From the NCBI RefSeq assembly GCF_001447785.1, contig NW_015163703.1:62001-126000 (forward strand): a DNA stretch of 64,000 nt. Direction: 5' to 3'. The stretch comes from Gekko japonicus. Lineage: Eukaryota. The notes beneath the pieces are model-generated. The model was not told the DNA's origin. It did no database searches and saw only the letters and a program-made list of their open reading frames with translations. Position numbers and translations under genes: made by a program. This document shows positions 50,124 to 63,104 of the stretch, one piece after another (the stretch's first letter is position 1; each line of letters starts with the position of its first letter).

Positions 50124-52256
50124 GTAGGTGATGCAAACAGCTTCCTCTAGGCCTATGGTATACAGGTGTGTGCACAGTCCATGTGTTGCATGTGTAAGCA
50201 GATATAAAACTATATATTAGTCCATTTCTTAACACAGTGACCAAGCCTATGTATAGCCATTCCCTAGAAGACTGTTCCACAGATATCAGGTTTCTAGTGA
50301 AACCTCTCCCCTCAACCAGAAACCTGAAATGCATGTGCAGAGGAGGGAAGAAAGTCTGGATGCAAATCCATACATCATAGCTTTCCTAGAAGCCCCAAAA
50401 ATGTTTCTTGGTAGGTTCCATGTCATCATTTTCTCTTGCTGAAAATACACAGACTCTTAACATTCCCAGGACAGTGGAGTGGATCCAACTATACTGCAAA
50501 GAGCCTTCCTCCAGCCCAAAATGTAAATTGTATAATAATGTATTTGAATCAAAATGTGTTTCAAACTGTGTTGATGACATACTTGTGCCATGTCCTTTGT
50601 TGTTGTTAAACATTCCAGTACTAAACTTATTTTCAGGTAGAAATAAGTCCCATTTTATTTCAACAGGACTATTACATAATGTGCTAAGGATTGGGGTCCT
50701 TTTGCAAGTGTCCAGAATAGAGAAATAATAAGCAATTCTTGGGAAATCATTTGAAATCAATACCCCTCCAAACTACAGGAAGCCCTTCGTAGTCTAGAAA
50801 TATTTTACAATGGATTAGACTCTGTAGGTAGTCCCTTGCAGGTCAGTTTTAAAGCAAACCAATTTTTTTTTAATGTTTCCATGTGTATCTGTTCTTCTTC
50901 CTCCCAAGCATATTTTGCTTCAGGAACCAAATCAACAGATATCTGCTTTTAAAGTTTAATGAAATAGCAGCAATTTTTAAACCTTTTCCCAGTATTGTAG
51001 GGGCAGCCAGCAGGGAGGAAGTGAATACAATTAAAATCCCACAGTTTTAACACTTGGGAAATGACAATACTGAATGTAAAGTCTGAGACATTGCCATCAT
51101 TAAGATCTGCCATTAGGTGCTGGCAAATAGTCAGGAAAAAAGAGCCTTTCTCATCTTTAAAAAGAAGCATATTAGATTTGTTATTTATTATGCAGAACTG
51201 TGTATGGTTACTATGGTTCTTGTGCATGTCACTTGAAGGGGAAGTTCTGATAAGGAGAAAATAAAGTGGTGACAAATATGAAAATATTACCAATATTAAT
51301 ACTGTGTATAATGCTTTAAAGTGAAGACAGATGCAACATTTAATTGTGATGGAAGTGGTTTAAATACATATGAACTATATTTGGGGACATTAGACATCTT
51401 GGGGTATGGGCAGTGTCTATCTAAAGATAATTAAGCTCTCGGTAAATGAGGAAGCTTGAGTTTTTAATTTAATCCTTTTTTATTTAAAAATTGTCCTTGG
51501 ATAAGGATATTATTGCTATTATAATCTAGTTTAAATTTGCCTTTTCTGGGGAAGGAGATTGGGTGATGTCAAAACAATACTCTGATGGATGGTCTCCATT
51601 TATGTGTTTATAGGGGTGTATTTCATTGCTACAGTTCTTGAGGTAGTGGCTTTCAAAATACTGATGGAGTATTTGGAGCATCAAATGGAGATTAAAGACA
51701 CTTGAGTGGTTTAAGTCCTTTTCATCTGATCATATACAGAATTTTCTAGTTAGTGATGCTGTTTATCATCTGTACTGTGGAATTCTTCAGGGTTCAGTGC
51801 TGTCTCTTATACTTTTACAAATGTATGTGAATACTTTTTAAATAATCCTATATATATAAAAGCCCTAGTGTATTGGCACTTTCCAGCTCTCCCGTTGGCT
51901 GTGCTGTGCACTCCATCAGCCACTGGCCCAACAACCGCCACTTAAAGAGTACTCACATGCCATTGGCAGGGTGCTGGGTTTGCTTCTCTTGCCCGCTCAC
52001 TGCCGGCTTGGCATTTCTGTCTGAATAAGCTGCCAAAACTGCTGTGTGGCTCATTTCCCCCTCAGTGACTGTTGCTAGGCAATCAAGCTTGGTTCTATCA
52101 GTAAAAAGGCAGGGGCAGGAGGCCCTTTCCAGGCCTACTTTGGTCTTTGTGGGGAACTCATTGGGGCCAGTCCTGACTGGGGTTGCCAGTTCCAGGTTGG
52201 GAAATTCCTGGAGATTTTGTGGAGGAGTCTACAAAAGCCAGAGTTTGGGGAGGGGA

Positions 52257-52872
52257 NNNNNNNNNNNNNNNNNNNNNNNNNNNNNNNNNNNNNNNNNNNN
52301 NNNNNNNNNNNNNNNNNNNNNNNNNNNNNNNNNNNNNNNNNNNNNNNNNNNNNNNNNNNNNNNNNNNNNNNNNNNNNNNNNNNNNNNNNNNNNNNNNNNN
52401 NNNNNNNNNNNNNNNNNNNNNNNNNNNNNNNNNNNNNNNNNNNNNNNNNNNNNNNNNNNNNNNNNNNNNNNNNNNNNNNNNNNNNNNNNNNNNNNNNNNN
52501 NNNNNNNNNNNNNNNNNNNNNNNNNNNNNNNNNNNNNNNNNNNNNNNNNNNNNNNNNNNNNNNNNNNNNNNNNNNNNNNNNNNNNNNNNNNNNNNNNNNN
52601 NNNNNNNNNNNNNNNNNNNNNNNNNNNNNNNNNNNNNNNNNNNNNNNNNNNNNNNNNNNNNNNNNNNNNNNNNNNNNNNNNNNNNNNNNNNNNNNNNNNN
52701 NNNNNNNNNNNNNNNNNNNNNNNNNNNNNNNNNNNNNNNNNNNNNNNNNNNNNNNNNNNNNNNNNNNNNNNNNNNNNNNNNNNNNNNNNNNNNNNNNNNN
52801 NNNNNNNNNNNNNNNNNNNNNNNNNNNNNNNNNNNNNNNNNNNNNNNNNNNNNNNNNNNNNNNNNNNNNNNN
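52257..52872. other. Assembly gap (616 N)
   Basis: Run of N. Confidence 1.
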
Positions 52873-53419
52873 GCTTAAATGTATTTCCAACAATGGTAAC
52901 TCTGGGAAGATTTGGAGGCCTTCCTTACTCAGATCACCTTTGTCTGTGCAATTCTGGTGAAATTGAAACCTTAGATCACCTGATATTTCGCTGTCCCCAC
53001 TGGACTCAAGTTAGAGGCACTTATATCTCTCCTATTCTCACGAAGATGAATCTTCCCGCGCAACCTTGGGTGCTCTCAGTACTGTTATCTGACTCAAATG
53101 CCGATGGACTGATAACAGCTAACGTGGCGCGGTTCTTGGCTAAGGTGGCTGCTCTCAAGAAGCATTGAAAAGTCCAGCACTTCTGAAAACTTCGACACCG
53201 ACTTTTAATCTTCGGATGATTTTAGTTAGTTGGCTCCGCCCCAAGTGTAGTTAGGTAATTTTTAATCTCTGGGCTCAGCCTGGGTTTTATGTGACTGTGA
53301 TTATGTAACTTGACACATTTATGTTTATTTTATGTACCTATTTTATCCCCCTTTGGTATCCTCTTGGTCAAGACTTCGGTCATATAGACCTGTAATAATT
53401 TGAATTGAATTGAATTGAA
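52873..53419 (+). mobile_element. Non-LTR retrotransposon 3' end (RTEX-like)
   Basis: Open C-terminal frame GRFGGLPYSDHLCLCNSGEIETLDHLIFRC (CCHC knuckle), stop at 53168, (TGAAT)n tail. Confidence 0.75.
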
Positions 53420-53863
53420 AACAGTGGACTCTGTGTCATTATACCTGGCTAACGTCGCCACAGCAAATTGACACTGAGTACCCAAGGGGCACCTGCCCAG
53501 AGCCTTTTTCTAGAGCTCATTGTATTTATTTCCACAACAGGCCTTATTCCTAGTTGTGTATAACATTCTAGTATGAAGAAGAATGCAACTTTGGAGTTCA
53601 GTCTTATCAATATAATGACAACCAACTGATATCTTGATCTAAGCCAACAGAAGTAGCTATTGCTGGTTCTGGCCAGTGTCTGTCAGTTCTGGACAAGGGC
53701 TTGAGGAAGGCCAAGCTGAAACTGAATCCTGAAAAGACAGATGTGACACAAGTCAATAAGCTTCCCAATCTGGATGGGGTGAATTAATCACTGTCAGATT
53801 GTTAAGTGCTGAGGGATCTTGTTAGATCTTGTGTTTTTGTTAAAGAGACAAGTTATCATTGGG

Positions 53864-54478
53864 GTGTGCACCAAGAAAAATTCATTTTGTATCTGGGTCC
53901 CCCCCCCCGTAACTGCTTATATTTACATAGGACATTGCCAATTTGGGATTAAAATCCTTTGAGGAGTGCCTAGAAGTCTCAAGAAACACCTGGACACTCT
54001 GGGGATTGAGCAAATAACACCAGCTGAGCTCCAGAAGACAGTGTTTTTTGAAACAGCAAAATTCCTCTGAAGATACATCTGCAATTCCCAAGAACTTAAT
54101 AGACCAGCACCTAGGATAGCTCACTATAAAGGACCAAATCCAAGTGCTGTACAAAACATGATTTATTATTCCAAAAAATATATCTTTCTCCATAGTTTTC
54201 TTCATACAAAAACATTACAAGGAGACACAGTCTCAAAAAGTAGAACACAAAGACAACATAGGTTTAAAGACACTATATCTTGTACCTAGGACACAATTCC
54301 AAAATAGTCCAACAGTCTTTAAAGTCAAAAATACAGTCCAATGGAGTGTGTCAATCTTCCTTCTTTCTCCCGTATCTTAAAAGAGCTTTGTCTGAGAAGC
54401 AACTGTGCCAATCTTGAGGCTACTGGTCACAGACTGGTCACAGTCACTTCTCAGATGAAGCCCCGTCAAAACAGAACA
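53864..54478 (-). mobile_element. Possible solo LTR next to an old L2 remnant (~53690-53860)
   Basis: TG..CA-like ends and minus-strand AATAAA at ~54162; the adjacent remnant encodes KLNPEKT. Confidence 0.35.
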
Positions 54479-54500
54479 TTAATTATACAGCTGTGCCTTC

Positions 54501-54705
54501 CAATGTTCCCTCTAAGCTGTAGAGTCCTGTGAGCAAAATTCTATTTTGTGAGCTACTGGCATTAAATTTGTGAGCAGGTGATTTGGCCACTGCATAAATT
54601 AGTGTGTTCTGGAGCCCTCCTTCCTGAGCCAAGACAAAAATCTGTGAGCCGGAGGCTTAAAAACTGTGAGCTAGCTCACACTAACTCAGCTTAGAGGGAA
54701 CACTC
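54501..54705. mobile_element. hAT-like MITE, copy 2 of 887-1078
   Basis: TIRs caatgttccctctaagctg / cagcttagagggaacactc. Confidence 0.8.
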
Positions 54706-54807
54706 CCCAACCCTATCACAATACTGTAGTGAGATCTTATACTGGGCCACCCAATCACCCCGTTATTACCACCAGATTATTGGTGGTGGTGGTAGTAGTT
54801 GCGGCTC

Positions 54808-55690
54808 CTAATTAAAAGCCTGGTGGAAGAGCTCCATCTTGCAGGCCCTGCAGAACTGTGAGAGGTCCTGCAGGGCCCTTATCTCCTCTGGTAGCTCGTT
54901 CCACCATGTAGGAGCCACCACTGAAAAGGCCTTGGCCCTGGTTGCTGCAAGCCTGGCCTCCCTGGGGCCTGGGATCACTAAGCGATGTTGGGCCCCCAAC
55001 CGTAGTGCTCTCTGGGGTATGTATGGGGAAAGGCGGTCCATCAGGTATGTCGGACCCTGGCCATAAAGGGCTTTAAAGGTAAGCACCAGCACCTTGAAGT
55101 GAATTTGGAAAGCTATTGGCAGCCAGTGCAGTGCTTTCAGCACAGGCCGGATGTGCTCCCATCTAGGGAGGCCCATCAAAAGCCTGGCTGCAGCATTCGG
55201 CACTAACTGTAGCTTCCGAACTTGAGACAAAGGCAGCCCCATGTAGAGAGCATCACAGTAGTTTAATCTCGAGGTGACCGTCGCATGGATTACTGTAGAC
55301 ACGTCGTCGAAGTCAAGGAAGGGAACCAGCTGCCAAATCAGCCAAAGATGATAAAAAGCCGAGCCGGCAGCGGCTGCCACCTGAGCCTCCATAGTTAAGG
55401 AGGAAGCCAGGCGCACTCCCAAAGTCCTAATCTCCGACACTAGCACCAAAGGTGCCCCATCGAAGGCCAGGAGAGGAAGCCCCACCCCCAGACCACCCCG
55501 ACTCAAACCTCCATCTTCGCTGGGTTTAGTTTCAGCCGACTCAGTGTAAGCCAACCAGCCATGGCCTGTAACGCCCGGTTAAGATCTTCTGGGCTGGAGT
55601 CTGACTGGCCATCCAACATCAGATAGAGCTGGGTGTCATCTGCATATTGATGACACCCTAGCCCATACCTATGAGCAATCTCCGAGCAAA
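54808..55690 (-). mobile_element. Relatively young L2 LINE ORF2 3' part
   Basis: CHQYADDTQLY at ~55625-55657; 248-aa frame with SRLNYCDALYMGLP..LQLV.NAAARL..LHWLP..FKVLVLTFKAL. Confidence 0.93.
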
Positions 55691-56796
55691 TCTGGGTGTA
55701 TTATACAGCTGTGCCTTCTATCAGGTAATGTGGGAGTTAAACTGTTGGACTTTATTTTGGAATTGTATGCCTAGGCACAAGGTATTGGACTGTATATATA
55801 GTATATATTTAGTTCAAAAAGTCAGAACCATAAATCTGAGAAGGAATCTTATTAAAAGTTGGAACAGTGATTTGGAGAGGCTGGGAAATGGTGGACATAA
55901 GAGTGGACAAATAGATAAGAGAGCAGGAATCCTGAAAAAAATACTTATAAGATTACCAACGAATCATTAAAATATAGGACTGGTTCTGAGGGTGTGTGAG
56001 TGTTTGCTTTTTGGCCAAAATGGGTATTTCATTTGATTTTATTTCAGAAAGTCTATGCCAGTCTTTGCATTTGATTTGTGGAAGACAATCCTCTAAGAAA
56101 TTCCCACAAAATCTGCCCAAGTTGAGTTTGGAGAGTGATTAGGATGATTTGGAAATATATGACTCTATATGAAAATGCATTAATTTGAAGCTAGGAGTTC
56201 AATTAAATTTTGTGTTACCTGGGTTGGGGAGTTGCAGTACATGTAACATCCAGGAACTCTTGTTCCCAAGGACTGCATGGCCATGAAAGGGCTTCAGCCT
56301 TCCCTCTCATGGCATTTTCCTGAGCTGAAATAGCCATGTTCTAAGATGTATGTGAAAGCTACCTAATGTGAACAGAACTAAGTTTGGATCTGCTTTTTGC
56401 ATTCATACCATCACAGCCTCAGAATAGTCAGTATTGCAAACCAGCTCATGCTCATCATATAGCTGGTGATGGCAAGTAGCTTTCACATAACTAGCTCAAC
56501 TTGTGGACATCAAATGGTAAAAGCAGTACACACTAAATAGATGCTGGTTTTGACAAGTACTCAAATGGCCCTGTGACTTCTGGGATCATGAATGATGTAT
56601 ATCCAGATGACTGAAGATAGATAACTAAAGGAAACCCTTGGAAGACACAGTGGTGTGAAACTACAGTTCACTGTGCATACAATGGATTTTGCAAAATACA
56701 GGGTAGTAGAGGAAAACAATTCTATGCACTAGAATAGACATCCCAATAAGACATCCTGGAAAAAATCTATGATTAAAGGACTTGTATTTGTTACAA

Positions 56797-56859
56797 ACCC
56801 TTCCTTGACTTCGACGATGTGGCTACAGTAATCCATGCGACGGTCACCTCGAGATTAGA
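56797..56859 (+). mobile_element. 63-bp internal L2 ORF2 fragment flanked by a perfect 30-bp duplication
   Basis: Matches the reverse complement of ~55259-55323 with 3 mismatches. Flanks ctatgattaaaggacttgtatttgttacaa at 56767-56796 and 56860-56889. Confidence 0.9.
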
Positions 56860-58834
56860 CTATGATTAAAGGACTTGTATTTGTTACAAGCAGATAAAGG
56901 ATCGTTTTTTAAAAAAACATACCAACATTCACATATAACACTTACCTTAATAACATAGCCTCTCTGTTTACAGAAGCAAATAAAAGCTGACCAGAGCACT
57001 GACCTTAACCTCACATAAAGAGAAATTGACACAAAATCAAAGAGTTTCTGTATTGCAAAAGATCTACATATTTCTTTTTCCATTAAACAAATTGAAATCA
57101 TTGCTCCCTTTCCCCCAAAGGACACTACAGTGGAATAAAGTATATTCATTTGTATGCAATAAAGATTTTCCACCCAGGAGTTCTAGTAAAAGAACAAGCC
57201 ACAAGAGCAAAGACTTTCAAACAGCACAGCTGCGATTGCTTTTATCTTTTACTTTTTATTAAATGAGCTTAGGGACATATTTCTTCCCTAGGTGCATGCA
57301 CATAATTCTCATTAGCACTAATGGGAATTATGCATTCAAAAGAGAATATAACCCTAAATTGAGAGTTTATAATGCTACAGCTTTTTTCCTATTATTTTTT
57401 GAAACTGAGCTGTAAAATTAGGGCAGACACAATGAAACAATGCTGGAAATCAAAAATTTTAAATGGAAAACTTCCTTTCTAAAGAGAAACTGCCAGTAGT
57501 AGCAATAATGAAACAATGCACTTTGCCTTTACAAAGACATTGGATCCTTGCAAAGAATCAGGACAGTGTTCCCAGCCAATCACCACTGAAGATAACCCCC
57601 AGAGAAAGAATTTTTAAGACTTGCAGCTATGAGCTGGATAAAATTTTCAGAGGAATGAGAGACTGCACACACTGGATTCTCCTTAAATAGTAGTAGTAAT
57701 TGAGGTGCCCCTACCCAGTGTGAAGACATATGTCTCATAGCAATTGGATGTTTGATTCACATGCACATCACACATACATGTGCTCTATTTTGCTTTTAAT
57801 TCAAACTAAAATTACAGTGACATGGTGGGGGAATGTCTCTGCAAAGGAAGTATTCTATACTTTTTGAAATGAGACAGACCACAACAAGAAAGGATGAGAA
57901 ATGCAACATTTTCAGTGGAAAGGTAAATTAAAAAAAAAAGTCTGCCACTGTAAGATTATGCAAAGAAATGAGTTGCAGCTAGGCAATTTTTGTTTTAACA
58001 TCAGCAGCTGGTGCTCTCCCACTAGGCTGCCACAATTTTCCCCCATAGGAAAAACTGGAGAGAAGAGTGCCAAGGGGCAAATAATTTGGGGGTCTGTAAA
58101 ACAGAACTCTTTCATCCAGTATGCTTGAAACTTACAACATCTTTACATTAGAAGGAGAACTATGCTCTGTGCAAATTTGGCATCATCCCCTTTAAGAACC
58201 GCTGCCTCAGACACTCAAGTTGGTTCCCCCATTGAAAGTAATGACCTCAAAATTCTGGAATCCAGGAAAAAATACAACCCCAAACTAGTACTGTCCTATC
58301 TGAAAATTAACAATGAATAATGCATGTATGTGTTCCCAATCCTGGGCCCAAAATTATAACAATAACAACTTTTTTCTCTCTCTCAGAGCACAGCCCTAGT
58401 GGAAACAGAACTATGAATGGGACTACGTACAACATAAGCAAACATTTACTATAAGTAGTAGCTGTAGTAACAGCAGCAGCAACAACAGTAGATTTTAAAT
58501 GTCACAATTGTGTTGTGTTAAGCCTTGAATTTCTTGGAAGACATCCTCAATACATTCAGCAATAGTGTACAGACTTGTATCTTGTTCTAGTGTGATTGAC
58601 CTTCCTCTATAATGTACAATTAAGTGGTCAGTATGTTCTTGTGTACACTTTTAGGTTATGCTGGACTATGGTGAGAGCTAACAGGCCTGTTTGGAGTCCC
58701 ATGCCCCAAAATAAACTGCAGCATGTAGTTGTTCTGTAGCAGGTGTAATGGTTCCTTAGTAGATGTCAATGTGGAAACAGTTCCCTGAAGGAAGTAAACA
58801 GAAGAGAATGACTATTCTGACTAAAGTACTGGTG

Positions 58835-59144
58835 ATACCTCCTTGGCTGCACCAATATTATGGAATCAGCTCCCTCATGAGATCCGCGCTCTCCAGGATC
58901 TCTGCCAGTTCCGGAAAGCGGTGAAAACGGAGCTATTCCGCCAAGCATTTAACAACCCAGACTAAGCATGATAGCACTTTATAGTTGCCGCTATGGATAT
59001 GTTGTACTGTGTGTAAATTGCGATTTTATTGTACTGTTATAGATTGTTTTAGAGGCATTGTTTTATTGGTTTTAATGTTGTAAGCCGCCCTGAGCCGCTT
59101 TGGCGGGAGGGCGGGATAAAAATCAAATAAATAATAATAATAAT
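58835..59144 (+). mobile_element. L2 3' end
   Basis: APILWNQLPHEIRALQDLCQFRKAVKTELFRQAFN, L2 terminal stem and (TAA)n tail. Confidence 0.88.
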
Positions 59145-59983
59145 GAGTGGTCTCCTCTCACTCAGTAGAAGGTCATAGCTCTTTGTCAAAACATGTGCTT
59201 TGGATAAAGATAATTCCAAGTCAAAGGCCCCGAATCTGGGCAGCAGGGGCTGGGAAGTGATTGTCTCTACCTAAAACCCTGGAATGCTGCCAGTCAGTGT
59301 AGACAATACTGAAGTAGAGGGCCTAATGATCTGACTTGTTAAAGATAGCATCACATACCATTTTGTGGCTCAGATATTTCAGTTACATTAAGTTTTAAGG
59401 TGGTCTTCTTTGTCATTTTTGCAACATGTCGTTTAGTATATTAATATTCTGCAAAATTATTCATAATATTATTTTTCCAAAACTATCCTCTTTTAGCTGT
59501 ACTGGCTTTAGCACAAATGTTGGGTTTGATCAAGATATCTTACCTGCAAAAATCAAACCTTTCCCAGCTATCCAAAAGGCAGCAATTACTGATTGCAAAG
59601 AACTTTTTGAAGTGAGACTTTGAAGATGCCCAAGGGTGTAGAAGTGAAATGGCCAGTAAAATATTTATAGAATTTTGTGAGCTGTGGATTTTTTCTTTTC
59701 TGGTATATTTCCCACTGCAGCAGCAGCAATTTTCTGTTACTAAAATGAAAGAGGAATCGTTGACTTATATTTTCCACTAAACAAACAGAGAAACAACTTG
59801 CAAAGTCCATCTAAACAATAGTCTTTGCAGGGGGGGAAAGTTAATGATTGCATGCTTGATCCAAAATAATGGCACTCCTCAATGTATTAATGGAAGCTTT
59901 GCCAAAGTGAATATGGGAGCACACCTAAGCAGGTCTACTTGAAAGTAAGTCTCATGTTATTCAGTAGGGCTTACTCCCTAGAA

Positions 59984-60415
59984 CAAGGGTGTCAAACATG
60001 CAACCCCGGGGCTGAATCAGGCTCCCAGAGGGCTTCTATCAGGCCCGCTGTGGAACTGGCTGTCTTCTGCTTCTTCTTCCAGTTCTGCTGCTGCTGCATC
60101 ATCCTAGGCTTGCAGCCTACAGATACACACCTGAACAGCATACTCAAGATTGCAACAGCACAGACATTTTGATGCAATAATTCAGAGCAAGAGGTGTCAG
60201 TTATCAGACACTGTTAAATAAACAAAATATTGCAAGAATGCTAATGTTTTAAGCATGTTTTTATTTTAAGTTTAAAAAATCTTTGTGTTTGTGTCCTTTA
60301 TAAAGTTTATCTCTCCGCTACCTGGCATTACATTTTATGACACACATGGCCTGGCCCAACAAGGTCTCATTTATGTCAGATCCAGCCCTCATAACAAATG
60401 AGTTCAACACCCCTG
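59984..60415. mobile_element. hAT (Charlie-like) non-autonomous transposon
   Basis: TIR caagggtgtcaaac / gttcaacacccctg; perfect 8-bp TSD ccctagaa (59976-59983, 60416-60423); inserted in a small palindromic MITE. Confidence 0.92.
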
Positions 60416-60444
60416 CCCTAGAAAATGCTTAGATCTACAGCCTA

Positions 60445-61733
60445 TCTATACATCTAATTCCCAACAGTCCCCTATGTACAGATACTTATTTCCACAGATA
60501 GGGGGCATACATACCCAAACAAGTTTCTCTGCAAATTTTGGTGACCCCCTAGGTTTGCGGGAAAATCTGAAAACTTAAAAAAAATACATTGGGTGTTTAA
60601 ATTCCCTTAAAACAGAGGAGCATTATCTGCACATGTGCAGACAATACGTCTTTGTTGGAGAAGCGAGAGGAGGGGAGGCACTTCAGGCAGGCAACAGCTG
60701 GCTAATGAAGTGAGGAGAGTGGGAGGGCAGAGCACCAGCCAGGGAGTGCCACAGCCATCACATTACCTGGCTGGGAGAGGATCCCTCAAATTCAGTTCCT
60801 TCCTACCAGCACTGCCATGGTAGGCCATGCCCACCACAGTTCTCCACCTCTCAAGGACAGGCAACACAGTCACAGTGATGGTGAGGGCAGGATAAACGGC
60901 AGTGTGGCAAGAAAGAGGAACAACTGCCCACCATGCCATCAGAAGAGGAGCTGTACCCTGCTCAGCCTGCCCTGCCTTCGAGGCCTCTTCCTCTTTCCTC
61001 AGCTGCTCAGTAGTGAGAATGTGGGGAGGGAGGGGACAGGTAAGCAGATAGCTGACGTGGGGAGGGGGAGCACTGATGATGTGGGAACCAGAACCAAGTG
61101 AGCACTGCACTGATGGGGGAAGGCAGCAAACTGATGATGGAGGGAAAGATGGCAAAGCTCCAAAAAGGGGGGGGCAAGTAAGTGCTGCAGTGACAATGGA
61201 AGTTAGGCAAGGAGCAAACTGAGGATGGAAGATGGGCAAGTAGGCAAAGCTCCAGGGACAGGCACTGCAGATGGGGGATGTGTGTAAGCAGAGCAGCTCA
61301 TTTTCCAAATACCAGCATCTTCAGAATTCTGAAGTTCAGAGCATATAAAGTCAAGGGAACCATATTCATGGGGTAACAGAGAAAGAAGATGACCTCCTGT
61401 ATTGCATGCAAATGATCATTTTTAATTCTGTATAAAGTGATATCAGTATGTACCTCACAGACATTTACATTTTAAAATGAAAATAGGCAGGTCTCAGACG
61501 GCAAGCATTTACCATTCAGCAATAGACAAGGAGGCAAAGAGCTAGTGACTAAGGAGAGAGACAAAGGTGAGTATACCACAGATGTCCTTACAAGCCAAGG
61601 AGGCAAACAGAAGTGACAGCTAGATAGTAAATGACAAGCATTCACTGTGTTTCAAGTCCTTTTCTGGGACATAGACTCAAACATAGAATTAGTGAGGGAA
61701 TATTCCCATGAATTTCTCATGGGTTCCTGCTTG
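60445..61733 (+). mobile_element. Non-autonomous Helitron-like element, CTTG-ended family, copy 2
   Basis: A|TCTATACATCTAATTCCC start. Hairpin CCCATGA-atttc-TCATGGG (61705-61723), then CTTG|T at 61730-61734. Confidence 0.65.
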
Positions 61734-61803
61734 TGTAAACGAAATGCAATTTTTATAATATCTGTGAGCCTTCTAATGTGTGAGAAACGTTCCTAAATAT
61801 CTG

Positions 61804-62152
61804 TAAAGGTAAAGGTTCCCTTGCTCGAAAGCCAGTCGAATCCAACTCTAGGGTTGCGGTACTCATCTCCGTTTCAAAGCCGAAGAGCCAGCGCTGTCCG
61901 AAGACGTTTCCGTGGTCATGTGGCCGGCATGACTAAACACCAAGGCGCCCGGAACGCTGTTACCTTCCCACCGAAGTGGTACCTATTTATCTACTTGCAA
62001 TTTCTTGCTTTAGAACTGCTAGGTTGGCAGGAGCTGGAACTAGATACGGGAGCTCACCCCTTCATGCGGCAACCCGGGTCTCGAACTGCTGAACTACCGA
62101 CCTTCCACAGCCTGCAGTTCAGCGTCTTAACCACTTGAGCCACCGCAGCTCC
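61804..62152 (-). mobile_element. Sauria SINE, full length
   Basis: (ACCTTT)n tail, tRNA-derived head ggagctgcggtggctcaagtggttaag, and characteristic body (gtcatgtggccggcatgac; accttcccaccgaagtggtacctatttatctac). Confidence 0.92.
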
Positions 62153-62337
62153 TGTACACAATCTGTACACAAGTACAAACTACTGTGATAAGCAACCCAA
62201 TGTCATATAGCCCCTTTCAGTCATTATTATTTTGGCACACCTTTCTCACATACCAGGAGAGCATGCTATGTGTGATCCTTACAATTTATACCATCACAAT
62301 TTTGTGTAAGTCAATGCGTATTTTCAGCACTGATATG

Positions 62338-62862
62338 CTGGGATGGGCATGAACCAGCTGATGAACTAAAGTTCATCATGAATTTTGGCCTGTTTGGGGT
62401 TCATGAACCAAAGTTTCATGAACTGAAGAACTGGGATGAACTACCATGACGTTTTGTGCTGTTCATGGTAGTTTGCGATAGTTCTTCATGAGAAACAGCT
62501 GAGTGGCTGGGAGCTCCCAGAGCCATTTAAACCCTGTGCTCAGCTCCCTATGGCTTTTTGTGCCTCCCCACAATGCAGCTGTTTTTCATGCTGTTTTGTG
62601 TAGGCTCTTTAAACTTTAAAGAGACTGCACAAGACAGCCTGAAACAGCTGAGAGACAGGGAGCAAGTCGCAGTCCCTTTCAATGGGAGTTAAAGGGCCGT
62701 GAACCACATGAACCACATGAACCAGTTAAGTTTTTATTTTTTTTACATTTTATTTTTTTTAAGTTCATAAATAAGCCTCCCGATTCTGTTTGGGGTTCAG
62801 TTCATTGTTCAGCCATGAACCACAAACCGAACAGCATTTTCCCAGTTTGTGCCCATCAACTA
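62338..62862. mobile_element. hAT non-autonomous transposon with subterminal (T/C)GAAC repeats
   Basis: TIR ctgggatgggca / tgcccatcaacta; 8-bp TSD ctg(a/g)tatg. Confidence 0.8.
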
Positions 62863-63104
62863 CTGGTATGCATAAACATACCCAGAAAAACCTGGGCTTC
62901 AAATTGCATGTACTGAGTTAGAATATATATGTGTTGTCCTATTCACACTAAATAGTGACTGCACATATTAAGGGTCTAATATGTGGCAAATTCTCCTTAT
63001 ATACAATGTAAACAACTGAAAAGGGTTTTTGAAGGTACAGTTCATGATTCACAGATCACATATCAACCCAGTTCAAGAAGCACTAAGAGTTAATTTTCTC
63101 ACAA

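Larger units (their letters stand above)
51846..53553 (+). mobile_element. Helitron with canonical CTAG end, spanning the gap and containing nested inserts
   Basis: A|TCCTATATATATAAAAGCC start. Degenerate 3' hairpin (ttgt..acaac) then CTAG|T at 53550-53554. Linkage of the two ends across the gap is inferred. Confidence 0.6.

Noticed and set aside
52044-53168. Long ORFs (231-374 aa) in the ORF track
   Set aside because: Artefacts of translating through the 616-N gap; only the part from 52873 onward is a real LINE frame.
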